From the NCBI GenBank assembly GCA_964400475.1, contig CAYNTH010000002.1:991-64990 (forward strand): a stretch of 64,000 nt of DNA, read 5' to 3'. The notes below the pieces were generated by a model. It was not told the DNA's origin. It searched no databases and saw nothing but the letters and a program-made list of their open reading frames with translations. This DNA is from an uncultured archaeon (GTDB lineage: Archaea > Aenigmatarchaeota > Aenigmatarchaeia > CG10238-14 > SCSR01). Made by a program: the position numbers and the translations under genes. This document shows, in pieces, positions 46,544-55,930 of this stretch. The number at the start of each line of letters is the position of its first letter. Within the stretch, counting starts at the first letter, position 1.

Positions 46544-47977
46544 ATGGCAAGGAGAAGAATAATGATTCCTGTTACAGATATAAAGGGAATCGGAAAGAAG
46601 ACAGCTAAGAAGCTGGCCAAAAATAGAATAAAAACGGCAAAGGGAATTTTGAGGCTGAAGCCGGAAACATTGGCCGATAAAATAGGGGTTTCTGTTGAGA
46701 CCGCTAAAAAATACCAGGATAGGGCCAATAAAGAACGTAAATTGGCGAAAAAGAAGAGGAAGAAAAAGATAAAGGAAAAGAAGAGAAAAAGACGTGCCAA
46801 GAGAATTGGTAAGAAGATAATTTTTATTGTCGTTGATGGACTTGCAGATATGTTGGAAAATGACAAAACTCCATTGGAAAAGGCCAAGAAGCCTGCAATA
46901 GATTGGTTTGTGAAGAATGGAGAATGCGGTCAATTGCATTTGTTGGACGAAGATTCTGCTGTGGCTAGTCATTTGGCAAATGTGAGCTTGCTTGGATATG
47001 ATTATTCCAGGTATTACCTAAAAAGAGGACCTTTGGAAGCCGTTGGATCAAAGATACCATATACAAACGGTGAGGTGGCGATGAGATGTAATTTTGCGAC
47101 AGTTGATAGGGATCATATCATAGTTGATAGACGCGCCGGCCGTGATTTCTACAGGCTGGATGAATTGACTAGATATATCAACACTAGGGTCGATATAGGC
47201 GCGAAATATATTTTTATGAGAACCTATGGACATAGGGCTGTGTTTGTCATAAAAGAAAGACTGTCCGATCAGATAACAGGGAACGATAACGAAGTTGGCG
47301 AACATACGGATGATATAAAGGCACTTAGCAAGGCGGCCAAGAGGACAGCCGAATTAGTGGACAAATTCGTAAAGAATACCAGAAACGTTATACAATACCA
47401 CAGTATTAATTCTGATAGAATCGATAAGGGATTGGAGCCAGCCAATTCAGTGCTTGTCAGAGAGGCCGGCAACAGAATACCGAAGATTGGGTCCTTTGTT
47501 AGAAAATGGAAGTTGAAAAGGGCCGTGTGTATATCGGAAAACGGTGTTATGAAAGGAACGTGCTCGATAGCCGGGTTCCATACAGTGAATGTACCCGAAT
47601 TCAATGGCAAATACGATGATATAGATTTCATATTCGATTCTGTAAAGTCCACACTGAAGAAGAATGATTTCGTTTATGCACATATCAAGGGTGCAGATGA
47701 AGCAGCACATGATATGGACCCTGTTAGGAAGAAGAGAGTCATAGAGAAAATAGACAAAAGAATGGACGAATTCAAGGATTTCGACGGTATACTAGTATTG
47801 ACTTGTGACCACATCACATCCAGTTATACGGGAAGGCACGAACACGGTGATGTTCCTGTGTTGGTATATGGAAAATCAAGAGACAGTGTGAAAAAATTCG
47901 ATGAGAAATCGGTCAAGGATGGCTCACTAGGTGTCATGAGTGGTAAGCAATTAATCAAACACATAATCTACAAGTGA
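46544..47977 (+). CDS. apgM: Cofactor-independent phosphoglycerate mutase (archaeal ApgM type) with N-terminal helix-hairpin-helix domain and polybasic linker
   Basis: 477 aa. Residues 1-55 carry HhH-like VTDIKGIGKKTAKKLAK..ETLADKIGVSVETAKKY. The linker is KKKRKKKIKEKKRKRRAKR. Core IIFIVVDGLADM..KTPLEKAKKPAIDW.., HIKGADEAAHD, LTCDHITS..HEHGDVPVLVYG. Confidence 0.8.
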   Translation: MARRRIMIPVTDIKGIGKKTAKKLAKNRIKTAKGILRLKPETLADKIGVSVETAKKYQDRANKERKLAKKKRKKKIKEKKRKRRAKRIGKKIIFIVVDGLADMLENDKTPLEKAKKPAIDWFVKNGECGQLHLLDEDSAVASHLANVSLLGYDYSRYYLKRGPLEAVGSKIPYTNGEVAMRCNFATVDRDHIIVDRRAGRDFYRLDELTRYINTRVDIGAKYIFMRTYGHRAVFVIKERLSDQITGNDNEVGEHTDDIKALSKAAKRTAELVDKFVKNTRNVIQYHSINSDRIDKGLEPANSVLVREAGNRIPKIGSFVRKWKLKRAVCISENGVMKGTCSIAGFHTVNVPEFNGKYDDIDFIFDSVKSTLKKNDFVYAHIKGADEAAHDMDPVRKKRVIEKIDKRMDEFKDFDGILVLTCDHITSSYTGRHEHGDVPVLVYGKSRDSVKKFDEKSVKDGSLGVMSGKQLIKHIIYK

Positions 47978-48020
47978 TGTATTGGATATTTGTTAATAAA
48001 GCAAAATTAAGATAGATTTT

Positions 48021-49262
48021 ATGATTGCCAGAAATCTGAAAATAAGGAAGGTATTCGCTACTAATTCTATACCCACTTTAGAGGTGGAGTTGACTACTAA
48101 AGATGGTACTGTCAAGAGTGCGGTTCCTATGGGCACAAGCACCGGTAAACATGAGGCCGTTTCACTTCCCGTAGATGATGCGATACGTAAATTCTCGATG
48201 GTCGGGAGATATTTCAGGACAAATAGCTTTACCGATATGGAAGATGTTGATGCAACGTTGCACAGCATCGATGATACTGATAATTTCAGGAATATAGGTG
48301 GTAATCTAGCACTTGCGGTTTCTTCAGTATTCCTTAAAGCATTTGCTATGGATGCTGATTTGGAAGTCTTTGAATACGTTTACAACATCTATAAGAAGGT
48401 CATACAGAAACATGATGGCAAACTTGGGAAACCCGATATGCCGATGCCGATATGTAATATGATCGGTGGTTGGCATGGTAAATCCGCATCAGCGCAATCG
48501 AATATACAGGAATTCCTTTTGTTGCCCGTGCATCAGAAATCATTTTCCTCTTCCATGAATAGAATGATGGAATCCTACATGATAATCGGTAAACAGTTGG
48601 CGAACGAAGATGAGAATTTCATGTATGGCAAAAACTTGGAATCTGCTTGGACAACTCAACTAAGTATAGATGAGATACTGGACATATTGTCTAGAGTGGC
48701 CGGGAAGAATCTGTTCAAGATAGGATTGGATGTGGCCGCGTCCGATATATGGGACGGTAGACATTACGTTTATAACAGGAGGAATGGTGTGGGCAACATC
48801 GTACAGGAGAAGCTGATACGAACGGAACAGTTGAATTTCATAGAGGATTTGTCCATGAGGTATCCGATAGAATACATCGAAGATCCGTTTGAACAGGGTG
48901 ATTATGTATCTCACGCAATCTTGTTGCAACATACTACTAAGAATAACTTGATGATATGTGGTGATGATTTATACGCCACAAACGTTGGTCGGTTGCAAGT
49001 TGGTATTGAAAATAAATCCACGAATGCGGTGATAGTGAAACCTAATCAGGTCGGTACGATAACCGATACAATGAAGTTCGTTGAACTTGCCAAGAAGAAT
49101 GGGATGAAAACAATCATGTCTCATCGTTCAGGGGAAACAGACGATAATCTGATATCCCATCTGGCGGTTGGGATGGACTGCGATTACGTAAAATTCGGTA
49201 CAAGCGGGGAGCGTGTTGTGAAGATAAACGAGCTACTCAGAATAGAAGAGAAAATGATATAG
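48021..49262 (+). CDS. eno: Enolase
   Basis: 413 aa. ..NSIPTLEVELTT..VPMGTSTGKHEAV.., IVKPNQVGTITD, MSHRSGETDD. Confidence 0.92.
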   Translation: MIARNLKIRKVFATNSIPTLEVELTTKDGTVKSAVPMGTSTGKHEAVSLPVDDAIRKFSMVGRYFRTNSFTDMEDVDATLHSIDDTDNFRNIGGNLALAVSSVFLKAFAMDADLEVFEYVYNIYKKVIQKHDGKLGKPDMPMPICNMIGGWHGKSASAQSNIQEFLLLPVHQKSFSSSMNRMMESYMIIGKQLANEDENFMYGKNLESAWTTQLSIDEILDILSRVAGKNLFKIGLDVAASDIWDGRHYVYNRRNGVGNIVQEKLIRTEQLNFIEDLSMRYPIEYIEDPFEQGDYVSHAILLQHTTKNNLMICGDDLYATNVGRLQVGIENKSTNAVIVKPNQVGTITDTMKFVELAKKNGMKTIMSHRSGETDDNLISHLAVGMDCDYVKFGTSGERVVKINELLRIEEKMI

Positions 49263-49315
49263 CCTAAAATAATTATATCTTACATCACCTAATTAATGTA
49301 TCCGGTGTTTTGTAA

Positions 49316-50524
49316 ATGGGAGTTGAATTGTTATTCGCATCTGTTGGGCTTATAATACTTGTTGGATTCGTAGGCAACTATTTCTTCAAAAAAACTATGA
49401 TACCCGATATTCTATGGTTGATAATATTGGGGTTTTTGCTTGGTCATGTTTTCAATATAACTGATCCCAGTTTCTATATAGAATACGCCCCGTTCTTCGC
49501 GTCAATAGCCGTTATGATAATCCTGTTTCAGGGAGGCCTGCAAACAAATATATACGCACTCATAAAGCAATCACCTAGATCACTGCTGTTGGCGGTTATG
49601 AATATATCCTTATCAATGGTAGCCTCTGCCGCATTTATGTACCATTTCTTGGGATGGTCTGTAATAAATGGTCTCTTACTGGGTGCTATACTGGGTGGAT
49701 CGAGTTCACCTATCATAATATCTTTGATGGATAAATTGCCGCTGAAGGATGATATCAAAACGATATTGAACATAGAATCCACTTTGACCGATGCATTGTG
49801 TATAATATCCGCCCTTGTGATAGTCCAGGTAATGGTTCTTGGCAGTTACTCGACTGCTGATGTTGCGAACAACATATTGAGCAATTTTTCGATAGGAGCT
49901 GTGATGGGTGCTATGGCTGGTATAATATGGATAGGATCATTATCGAAAATAAGGGGGAAAGATTTTGAATATATGCTCATACTTTCTATACTCTTGTTGT
50001 TGTATTCTTTTGTGGAGAGTATAGATGGTAGCGGTGCAATTGCGGCATTCGTGTTTGGTGTGGTGTTAGGCAACAGCAAGGAAATAGCGAAAATGCTGAA
50101 ATTGGGTAAAAAGAACAGCATGCACAGGGAGGTTGGTAGATTCCATAGGGAGGTATCGTTCCTAGTCAAGACATTCTTTTTCCTGTATCTTGGACTAATA
50201 GTGAATTTCGATAGTTCATCAACGATTTTGTTGGGCGGTGGTCTTACAGTATTGTTGTTGATAATGAGATTCGTTACAGTCGCTGTATCAACTTTCAAAG
50301 CCGGAGTGTTGGCAGACGAGAAAATGGTGATGGGCATATTAATTCCCAGGGGATTGGCAGCGGCCGTATTAACACAATTGCCACTTATGTATGGACTTTC
50401 TTACGCACACCTCTATACTAATATAACAGCTAGTGTGATTTTTATGAGCATAATTTTGACAAGTATAAGTATGGCCCTTGTTAAGAAGAAAATCAAAACT
50501 TTGAAATCCAAGAAAAGAAAATAA
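49316..50524 (+). CDS. Cation:proton (Na+/H+) antiporter family membrane protein
   Basis: 402 aa, about 11-12 TM. Pattern ..IPDILWLIILGFLLG.., ..ESTLTDALCI.. resembles CPA1 exchangers. Confidence 0.72.
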   Translation: MGVELLFASVGLIILVGFVGNYFFKKTMIPDILWLIILGFLLGHVFNITDPSFYIEYAPFFASIAVMIILFQGGLQTNIYALIKQSPRSLLLAVMNISLSMVASAAFMYHFLGWSVINGLLLGAILGGSSSPIIISLMDKLPLKDDIKTILNIESTLTDALCIISALVIVQVMVLGSYSTADVANNILSNFSIGAVMGAMAGIIWIGSLSKIRGKDFEYMLILSILLLLYSFVESIDGSGAIAAFVFGVVLGNSKEIAKMLKLGKKNSMHREVGRFHREVSFLVKTFFFLYLGLIVNFDSSSTILLGGGLTVLLLIMRFVTVAVSTFKAGVLADEKMVMGILIPRGLAAAVLTQLPLMYGLSYAHLYTNITASVIFMSIILTSISMALVKKKIKTLKSKKRK

Positions 50525-50526
50525 TC

Positions 50527-50721
50527 TTATTCCAATACTCGCAATATCCTTCCTTTTATCCTTGATTCTCCGCCTGTTGGTGAAACCAAGCTTTCACCGC
50601 ATTCGCATTCTACTTCGGTAGCTGATTTGCTAAAAACCACTGATTTCTTTCCACATCTCTTGCATTCTATTTCCAAAAATACGCTGTCTGGTCTTGGTAT
50701 ACCTGGTTTAGATTTTCTCAT
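50527..50721 (-). CDS. rps27e: 30S ribosomal protein S27e (eS27)
   Basis: 64 aa. FLEIECKRCGKKSVVFSKSATEVECECGESLVSPTGG zinc-ribbon pattern. Follows L44e. Confidence 0.88.
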   Translation of the reverse strand: MRKSKPGIPRPDSVFLEIECKRCGKKSVVFSKSATEVECECGESLVSPTGGESRIKGRILRVLE

Positions 50722-50725
50722 ATAA

Positions 50726-51013
50726 TCATCCCTTCCTCCTCAATTGAAATCTCTTGGATCTTATGCCATCTCCTCTGGAGTGTTTTTTGTCGCATTCTTC
50801 ACAAACGAACCTGAGGTCTGTTCTCCTTGTAGGTTTTTGACGTCCCCTCGGATTTTCCTTCGGGAAACTGTGGTAACCCTTCATCTTTCTCAAGAATCTT
50901 CTCTGGCCTTGAGACATCTTTCTCCTGGGTTTCCTCTTGGCCCTCTCGACTTTGTGTTTAGTGTGTTTATTGCAATAAGGGCAATACGTTCTCATCGTTT
51001 TCGGATATTCCAT
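50726..51013 (-). CDS. rpl44e: 50S ribosomal protein L44e (eL42)
   Basis: 95 aa. ..TYCPYCNKHTKHKV..GQRRF..KPT.. and a second Cys pair CEECDKK. Confidence 0.9.
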   Translation of the reverse strand: MEYPKTMRTYCPYCNKHTKHKVERAKRKPRRKMSQGQRRFLRKMKGYHSFPKENPRGRQKPTRRTDLRFVCEECDKKHSRGDGIRSKRFQLRRKG

Positions 51014-51148
51014 AAAAATCCTCTTTTATTAAGTTACTTGATAACTTATTAAACTATTTTGGTTTTAAATATGTTAGTGCTTTTATTTAATACTTCACCA
51101 ATACAATAACAACGCTTAAATACTACAATAATCAACAACTTAAATTCG

Positions 51149-51940
51149 GTGATAGTTATGATAAAAATAAATTCTGAGAATAACCAGAAATTGAAAAATA
51201 TAATGAAAGTTGTCAATTCTGATAAAGAATTGGAGACTACTTGGAAGTGTTCCAATATAAACGCTATCGACAGGCTTGGGATGTCCGATCACGGTCCCAT
51301 ACATATGAAGATTGTGACCAATTTCGCACTTAAGACACTCCGTTTGCTATTGAAGAGTAATGTAACACCGAGTTCTGTCGCTTATCATTCATTGGATAAG
51401 GATGATTCCGAGGTTATAGTCGTCCTGGCAGCGCTCATGCACGATTTGGGCATATCGATTCACAGGGACGTTCATGAAGAATATAGTCTATTCCTTGCGG
51501 GAAGGTTTCTTGACAAGATACTACCAGAGGTGTATGAAGATGATGAAACCAGGACTATAATAAAATCCGAGGTTTTACACGCGATAGTCGCACATTCACG
51601 AGATATCATTCCTTATACATTGGAAGGCGGTATTGTTAGGTTGGCCGATGCGCTGGACATGGAAAAGGGGCGTGCAAGGATACCTTTCAACATAGGTAAG
51701 GTCAACATACACTCTGTTTCCGCATTGGCTATAGAATCTGTCTCGATTGAGGAAGGCAAACGGAGACCGGTTGATGTCAAAATAGACATGTCCAATTCCG
51801 CTGGGATATTCCAGATAGATGAATTGTTGAAAGGTAAATTGGAAAACAATCCCTTGAAGGAACACGTTTCGATAATAGTTGAAACCGGCGACAGTGAGAA
51901 AAAAATAATCGACAGGTTCGAATTTGGTTGGGACGATTAG
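51149..51940 (+). CDS. HD-domain metal-dependent phosphohydrolase
   Basis: 263 aa. H..HD motif: DHGPIHMKIV and LAALMHDLGISIHR, later ..RLADALD... Confidence 0.75.
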   Translation: MIVMIKINSENNQKLKNIMKVVNSDKELETTWKCSNINAIDRLGMSDHGPIHMKIVTNFALKTLRLLLKSNVTPSSVAYHSLDKDDSEVIVVLAALMHDLGISIHRDVHEEYSLFLAGRFLDKILPEVYEDDETRTIIKSEVLHAIVAHSRDIIPYTLEGGIVRLADALDMEKGRARIPFNIGKVNIHSVSALAIESVSIEEGKRRPVDVKIDMSNSAGIFQIDELLKGKLENNPLKEHVSIIVETGDSEKKIIDRFEFGWDD

Positions 51941-52486
51941 CTATTTGGTAATCTCGAATTCTTCCACAGCGTCCTGGTCTAATAGTGCCTTTTTATTTTC
52001 TTCAGGGAGTTTGGCTATGTCGCCCTTCTCGAATGGTCCGTAGTTTTTCATATCACTGCCCACAAATGCCGGTACCTTCTTGTTGAACACCACTAATCCC
52101 GTTTTTTCCCTGGGTTTATCAGCTTCGAGACTGGCAAGTACGTTCGCCCTCCTCTCCTTGACAGTTTTAAGCAAGTTGTCAAAGAACAACCTCTCCTCGT
52201 CTGTGAGGTTTTCAGGGGGTATATTCGTACGTGCAGATATAATCACCAGATTGAATATTTTCCTTTCCCTCCGATTGAATATGTCCTCAACGAGCCTTTC
52301 GACGTTCTTTACTTCCAACGCGACTTTTCTGTTGCTCATGTTTTTCTTTCTTTCCAGATATTTGTTCACGTTCTCGTAGAAATTTTCAGGTAATCTGGAT
52401 AATTTCTGTGTTCTCTGTTCTTCGCGTTGTATTCTTCTGATAAGTTCAAATGTTATTGTTTCATCGTTTTTTTCATCTTCTTCCAC
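51941..52486 (-). CDS. GINS complex subunit (Gins51/Gins15-like)
   Basis: 181 aa. LIRRIQREEQRTQKLSRLPENFYENVNKYL A-domain pattern and C-terminal B-domain VPAFVGSDMKNYGPFEKGDIAKLPEENKKALL. Same strand as and downstream of the primase. Confidence 0.65.
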   Translation of the reverse strand: MEEDEKNDETITFELIRRIQREEQRTQKLSRLPENFYENVNKYLERKKNMSNRKVALEVKNVERLVEDIFNRRERKIFNLVIISARTNIPPENLTDEERLFFDNLLKTVKERRANVLASLEADKPREKTGLVVFNKKVPAFVGSDMKNYGPFEKGDIAKLPEENKKALLDQDAVEEFEITK

Positions 52487-52581
52487 TGGGACCCCCTTTA
52501 TTAACTATTATACCTCAAAGGATAAAAAATGTAATCAATTGACGGTTCCTAAGACTGATGTTGGGTTGGTTCCAACTCGCC

Positions 52582-52935
52582 TTATTTCTTAATATGTAAT
52601 CTATTCTCTTCCAGTCCTCGGTAAAAATCTATGTGATTGTGAAATTTATATTTTGGGTTAAGGCACACCTGTGTGAACGATCTCTGCATTTCTATCATGA
52701 AATCCATTCTGTCAGGCATATAAGATTTGTCCCATCTGACTTTTTTAGTTAATTCCTTGTAACACGGGCATTTGCTGCAGATTGAATATCTCTTCTTTTC
52801 CCATATATCACTTGCATCTTCAGGCGAGCACAGCTCCTCTCCTTTACATTTACATCCCGATTCGAACAATTTCCTTTCGTTTAATTCAAAATCTTCGACG
52901 GATTCGATGTCAAACACACTCCTTATTGAAATCAT
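52582..52935 (-). CDS. Cys-rich hypothetical protein
   Basis: 117 aa with 8 Cys (GCKCKGEELC, CSKCPCY, ..VC..). Lies between the primase and GINS genes. No family recognised. Confidence 0.45.
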   Translation of the reverse strand: MISIRSVFDIESVEDFELNERKLFESGCKCKGEELCSPEDASDIWEKKRYSICSKCPCYKELTKKVRWDKSYMPDRMDFMIEMQRSFTQVCLNPKYKFHNHIDFYRGLEENRLHIKK

Positions 52936-53008
52936 TTAGGAGCATCCATAATTCATCTTCCAACTGATTAGTTAATAAACGACATTTACCTTAAGTATGT
53001 CGGTTCTG

Positions 53009-54361
53009 CTACCTATAATACTTCTTCCTTCTCTTTTTTGATTTAGATTTTTTACTGGACTTTATCCTGCCCTCTCTCTTCATCTTACGGAATGCATAAT
53101 TTATCGGGTTCTTGACCGTTATTTTGCCTGTGTTACCTTTGCATATTTCATCTGGTTTGCACACATCGAACGATTTGTAGAAATTGTCGTTATCGCAACT
53201 AGGTGGTAATAGGTTTCTATTCTGGTTGGAATGCCATCTCATCTGTGATCTTATGTAATTTCTCCCAAGTGGAGGGTAGTTGTTCTCGTTCCATTTGTGG
53301 AGCCTTTTTTCTATTTCCTCTTCTTTCCATCCCATATTGCGAAGAAAATTTATCAATATAAACACGCTTCTTTTTCTGCCATCCGATATCCCATTGAGAA
53401 TGTCTTTTACGCACGGTGGAAAATCATCTTCCAATATCTTCTTGACTTTTTTCCTTCTTTTCTTCGGTTTTGAAGTGAATTCTATTTTTCTCTTTTTGTG
53501 TTTGGACGCCCAGTCGAACGCTTCCACAACCAACCCTTCTGCATCGTTTATCTTCGGTTTGCTTATGAAGTTTGCCCCTTTTTTGGCGTTCTCTATATCT
53601 GCGTCCTTCTTTTCGAATTTGTCTAGTTCGCGCACTTTCAACGGCATGCTGATTCTTAGACTCTTCTCGTGGATGGCGTATGGTAGCCTGAATAGGTGTC
53701 TCGATCCGAATATATCCATGTCGACTACCTTGTATGGGTCTATTCCGTCTTCTCCTGCTATATCTGCAAAATCCTTTCCGACACGTTCAGCTATCTCGCT
53801 GGGTGTTCCGAAACTTATGAGTTCGTCTATAAGTGGCTCTTTAGTATACCATTGTATGTACTCTATTATCTTTTCCATTGCTTCCGGATATTGTGTTCTA
53901 ATGGGTTCCATGTTTATCTTTGACGGTAGTGATTCGAACGGTATTATTATGTGGAATGATTTTCCTCCAGTGTATTTTAGTCCATAATTACTAACACCGT
54001 GGTCGGTTACGGCAACTATTGTCTGTTTTACAAATATCTTCGCGATTTCAAAATCAGGTACATCAACGTCTATCAACACGTCCCATCCCTTGCGGATTTC
54101 ATCCAGTTGATTTTTGGTCATTCCACTTTTCAATTTCATTGGATGTTTCCATCTTTCTACAGATCCGTGGAACGATATTACACCATCTCGAACAGCTTGT
54201 TCTATATCCGCCGGGTATTGAAGTATATCAGGTCTTTTACCGAATCTTCCGTCTTTGTATATACCTGCGACTTCACGATCTTTTGTTACATCCAATATCG
54301 ACTTTTTGACATAGTCTTGAGAATAATAAGATTGTATCTTCTTGAAGTCTACCATTTTCAC
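53009..54361 (-). CDS. priS: DNA primase, single-chain fusion of PriS catalytic (AEP) domain and PriL-type C-terminal Fe-S domain
   Basis: 450 aa. AEP motifs WDVLIDVDVPD (DxD), YTGGKSFHI, VDMDIFGSRHLFRLPYAIHEKS. C-terminal about 140 aa carry 4 Cys (PPCVKD.., PPSCDND..VCKPDEIC) and PriL-CTD-like helices. Confidence 0.85.
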   Translation of the reverse strand: MKMVDFKKIQSYYSQDYVKKSILDVTKDREVAGIYKDGRFGKRPDILQYPADIEQAVRDGVISFHGSVERWKHPMKLKSGMTKNQLDEIRKGWDVLIDVDVPDFEIAKIFVKQTIVAVTDHGVSNYGLKYTGGKSFHIIIPFESLPSKINMEPIRTQYPEAMEKIIEYIQWYTKEPLIDELISFGTPSEIAERVGKDFADIAGEDGIDPYKVVDMDIFGSRHLFRLPYAIHEKSLRISMPLKVRELDKFEKKDADIENAKKGANFISKPKINDAEGLVVEAFDWASKHKKRKIEFTSKPKKRRKKVKKILEDDFPPCVKDILNGISDGRKRSVFILINFLRNMGWKEEEIEKRLHKWNENNYPPLGRNYIRSQMRWHSNQNRNLLPPSCDNDNFYKSFDVCKPDEICKGNTGKITVKNPINYAFRKMKREGRIKSSKKSKSKKRRKKYYR

Positions 54362-54462
54362 ACCTTTATTGAGTGGCGAAAAATATTCCTAATGAAATGC
54401 CCTCAAAATTATATTGACGGTGTGATTTAAAAACAGTTAGAGCCCTCGTTTCCGATGTTCAT

Positions 54463-54870
54463 TCACATGATCCTTATGTTCAGTTCATCTGGTGATAATA
54501 TGCCGTACTTATTTTTGAAAGCTTCCCGCTGATAAGGTGCGAATGTACTTTCTTCTCTTATGGATGTGATGAATTTTATGACATCTATTACTCCCATATC
54601 TTTGTCGCTGTATCCCATCTCATGCAATTTTATCTGCCTGGCCATTTCATATTCCAAATCTTCGATTTCATCCACGCCCTCCACATCGCCTCTCATAGAT
54701 TTACCAGTTACAACATCTTTAACATCATCGTCTGCCCGATATTCGTTTAGTAGCGAGTTCAATATCCCGTTTCTTTTATTAATATCACCGATTAACATCG
54801 TCTTTTCGAAAAGATGTTTGTAGTTCTCTATTTTTTCCAATTTCTTGGCATAGATAAGATTTATACCCAT
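54463..54870 (-). CDS. Hypothetical protein
   Basis: 135-aa ORF with no recognisable motifs. Confidence 0.4.
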   Translation of the reverse strand: MGINLIYAKKLEKIENYKHLFEKTMLIGDINKRNGILNSLLNEYRADDDVKDVVTGKSMRGDVEGVDEIEDLEYEMARQIKLHEMGYSDKDMGVIDVIKFITSIREESTFAPYQREAFKNKYGILSPDELNIRIM

Positions 54871-54946
54871 AATCGTTAATTTACAGTTGGTAGATTTATT
54901 ATTTTGGGAACCCGAACAACTTTTATATCAAACAACAAATTATATT

Positions 54947-55930
54947 ATGAAAAATTCAATGAAGGTTAATATCCATAGGGGATTTATAGAGTATGATTTC
55001 AGATGTAAAGATTCAGCTGAGGATTTCGTTTTTGTGGGCGTGCACCCAACAACTGATTTGGAATTCATACCGAGAAACGATATAGGGGCCGATCTGCTCT
55101 GTGTACAACTTGCGAGAGAGATGAATACTAGGGCAATCATAACAACTATGCCGAGAAACCAGGAGTTTGGTATGGACCTGAACAGGCTGCCTCCAGATGA
55201 AGATACCGCAATAGACAATTTTGATGGTTTCATAAACAACGAATTCGACAAAACTAGTGAATATTCCAAAAAATATGCATGGGTGGCGAGTGATAATAGC
55301 GATCATGACTCTAGGAAGAAAATATATAAAGATTTCTGGGATACCGCGCGTGGTTATGGATCGGATGAAACATGTTTTGTTTTGATACATGTCCAGGACC
55401 CAGAATTGAGGAACTTCCCGAGTTTGGTGGACGTCATACCCATATATGGATTCGACGAAGATAATGTTAAACGTGTAGTTGATAAAGTCAATGAGGAATG
55501 TTCCGAGTGTTTCGAATCAATACAACACGATTTTAAGAATTTTATAAAGTGTTATCACAATCACCATTATAAATCGACTCTCATACACAAGTTTGGTTCC
55601 ATCGTTCCCTCCAACTTTTCCGGATCTTCCGATAGAAATTATGAAAAGATGTTGGATCGTGTGAAAGATATGGGATTCGATGATATATACAATGAGTTAA
55701 GAAACGATTATACGTTTGATATACATACAGATGCAATAGAAAAAATAGCCGGATCGGTTAAACCAAGAATAACATATATGAAAAATTTCACAGGTAGTCT
55801 TGCACTAGGCACCAAAGAGGGTTTGAATGGGCGAAAAGTATTGGAAGTCGAGGTCAGTACATTCTTCAGCGAGATACACAGTGATAAGGGTACTGAGATC
55901 TTGAAAAAATTTGTGAATAATTTCTGCTAA
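54947..55930 (+). CDS. N-formylglutamate amidohydrolase (FGase)-fold hydrolase-like protein, paralogue A
   Basis: Blocks FVFVGVHPTTDLEFIP, DIGADLLCVQLA, QEFGMDLNRLPP (D-x-N-R), CFVLIHVQD, LEVEVS follow the order of FGase-family motifs. ATG at 54947 (track: TTG 54887). By-eye assignment. Confidence 0.5.
   Translation: MKNSMKVNIHRGFIEYDFRCKDSAEDFVFVGVHPTTDLEFIPRNDIGADLLCVQLAREMNTRAIITTMPRNQEFGMDLNRLPPDEDTAIDNFDGFINNEFDKTSEYSKKYAWVASDNSDHDSRKKIYKDFWDTARGYGSDETCFVLIHVQDPELRNFPSLVDVIPIYGFDEDNVKRVVDKVNEECSECFESIQHDFKNFIKCYHNHHYKSTLIHKFGSIVPSNFSGSSDRNYEKMLDRVKDMGFDDIYNELRNDYTFDIHTDAIEKIAGSVKPRITYMKNFTGSLALGTKEGLNGRKVLEVEVSTFFSEIHSDKGTEILKKFVNNFC

Noticed and set aside
46517-46972. Two - strand ORFs (151 and 117 aa) antisense to the 5' part of apgM
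   Set aside because: Complement of the Lys/Arg linker, giving Phe/Leu-rich low complexity. The + frame is continuous with the conserved mutase core.
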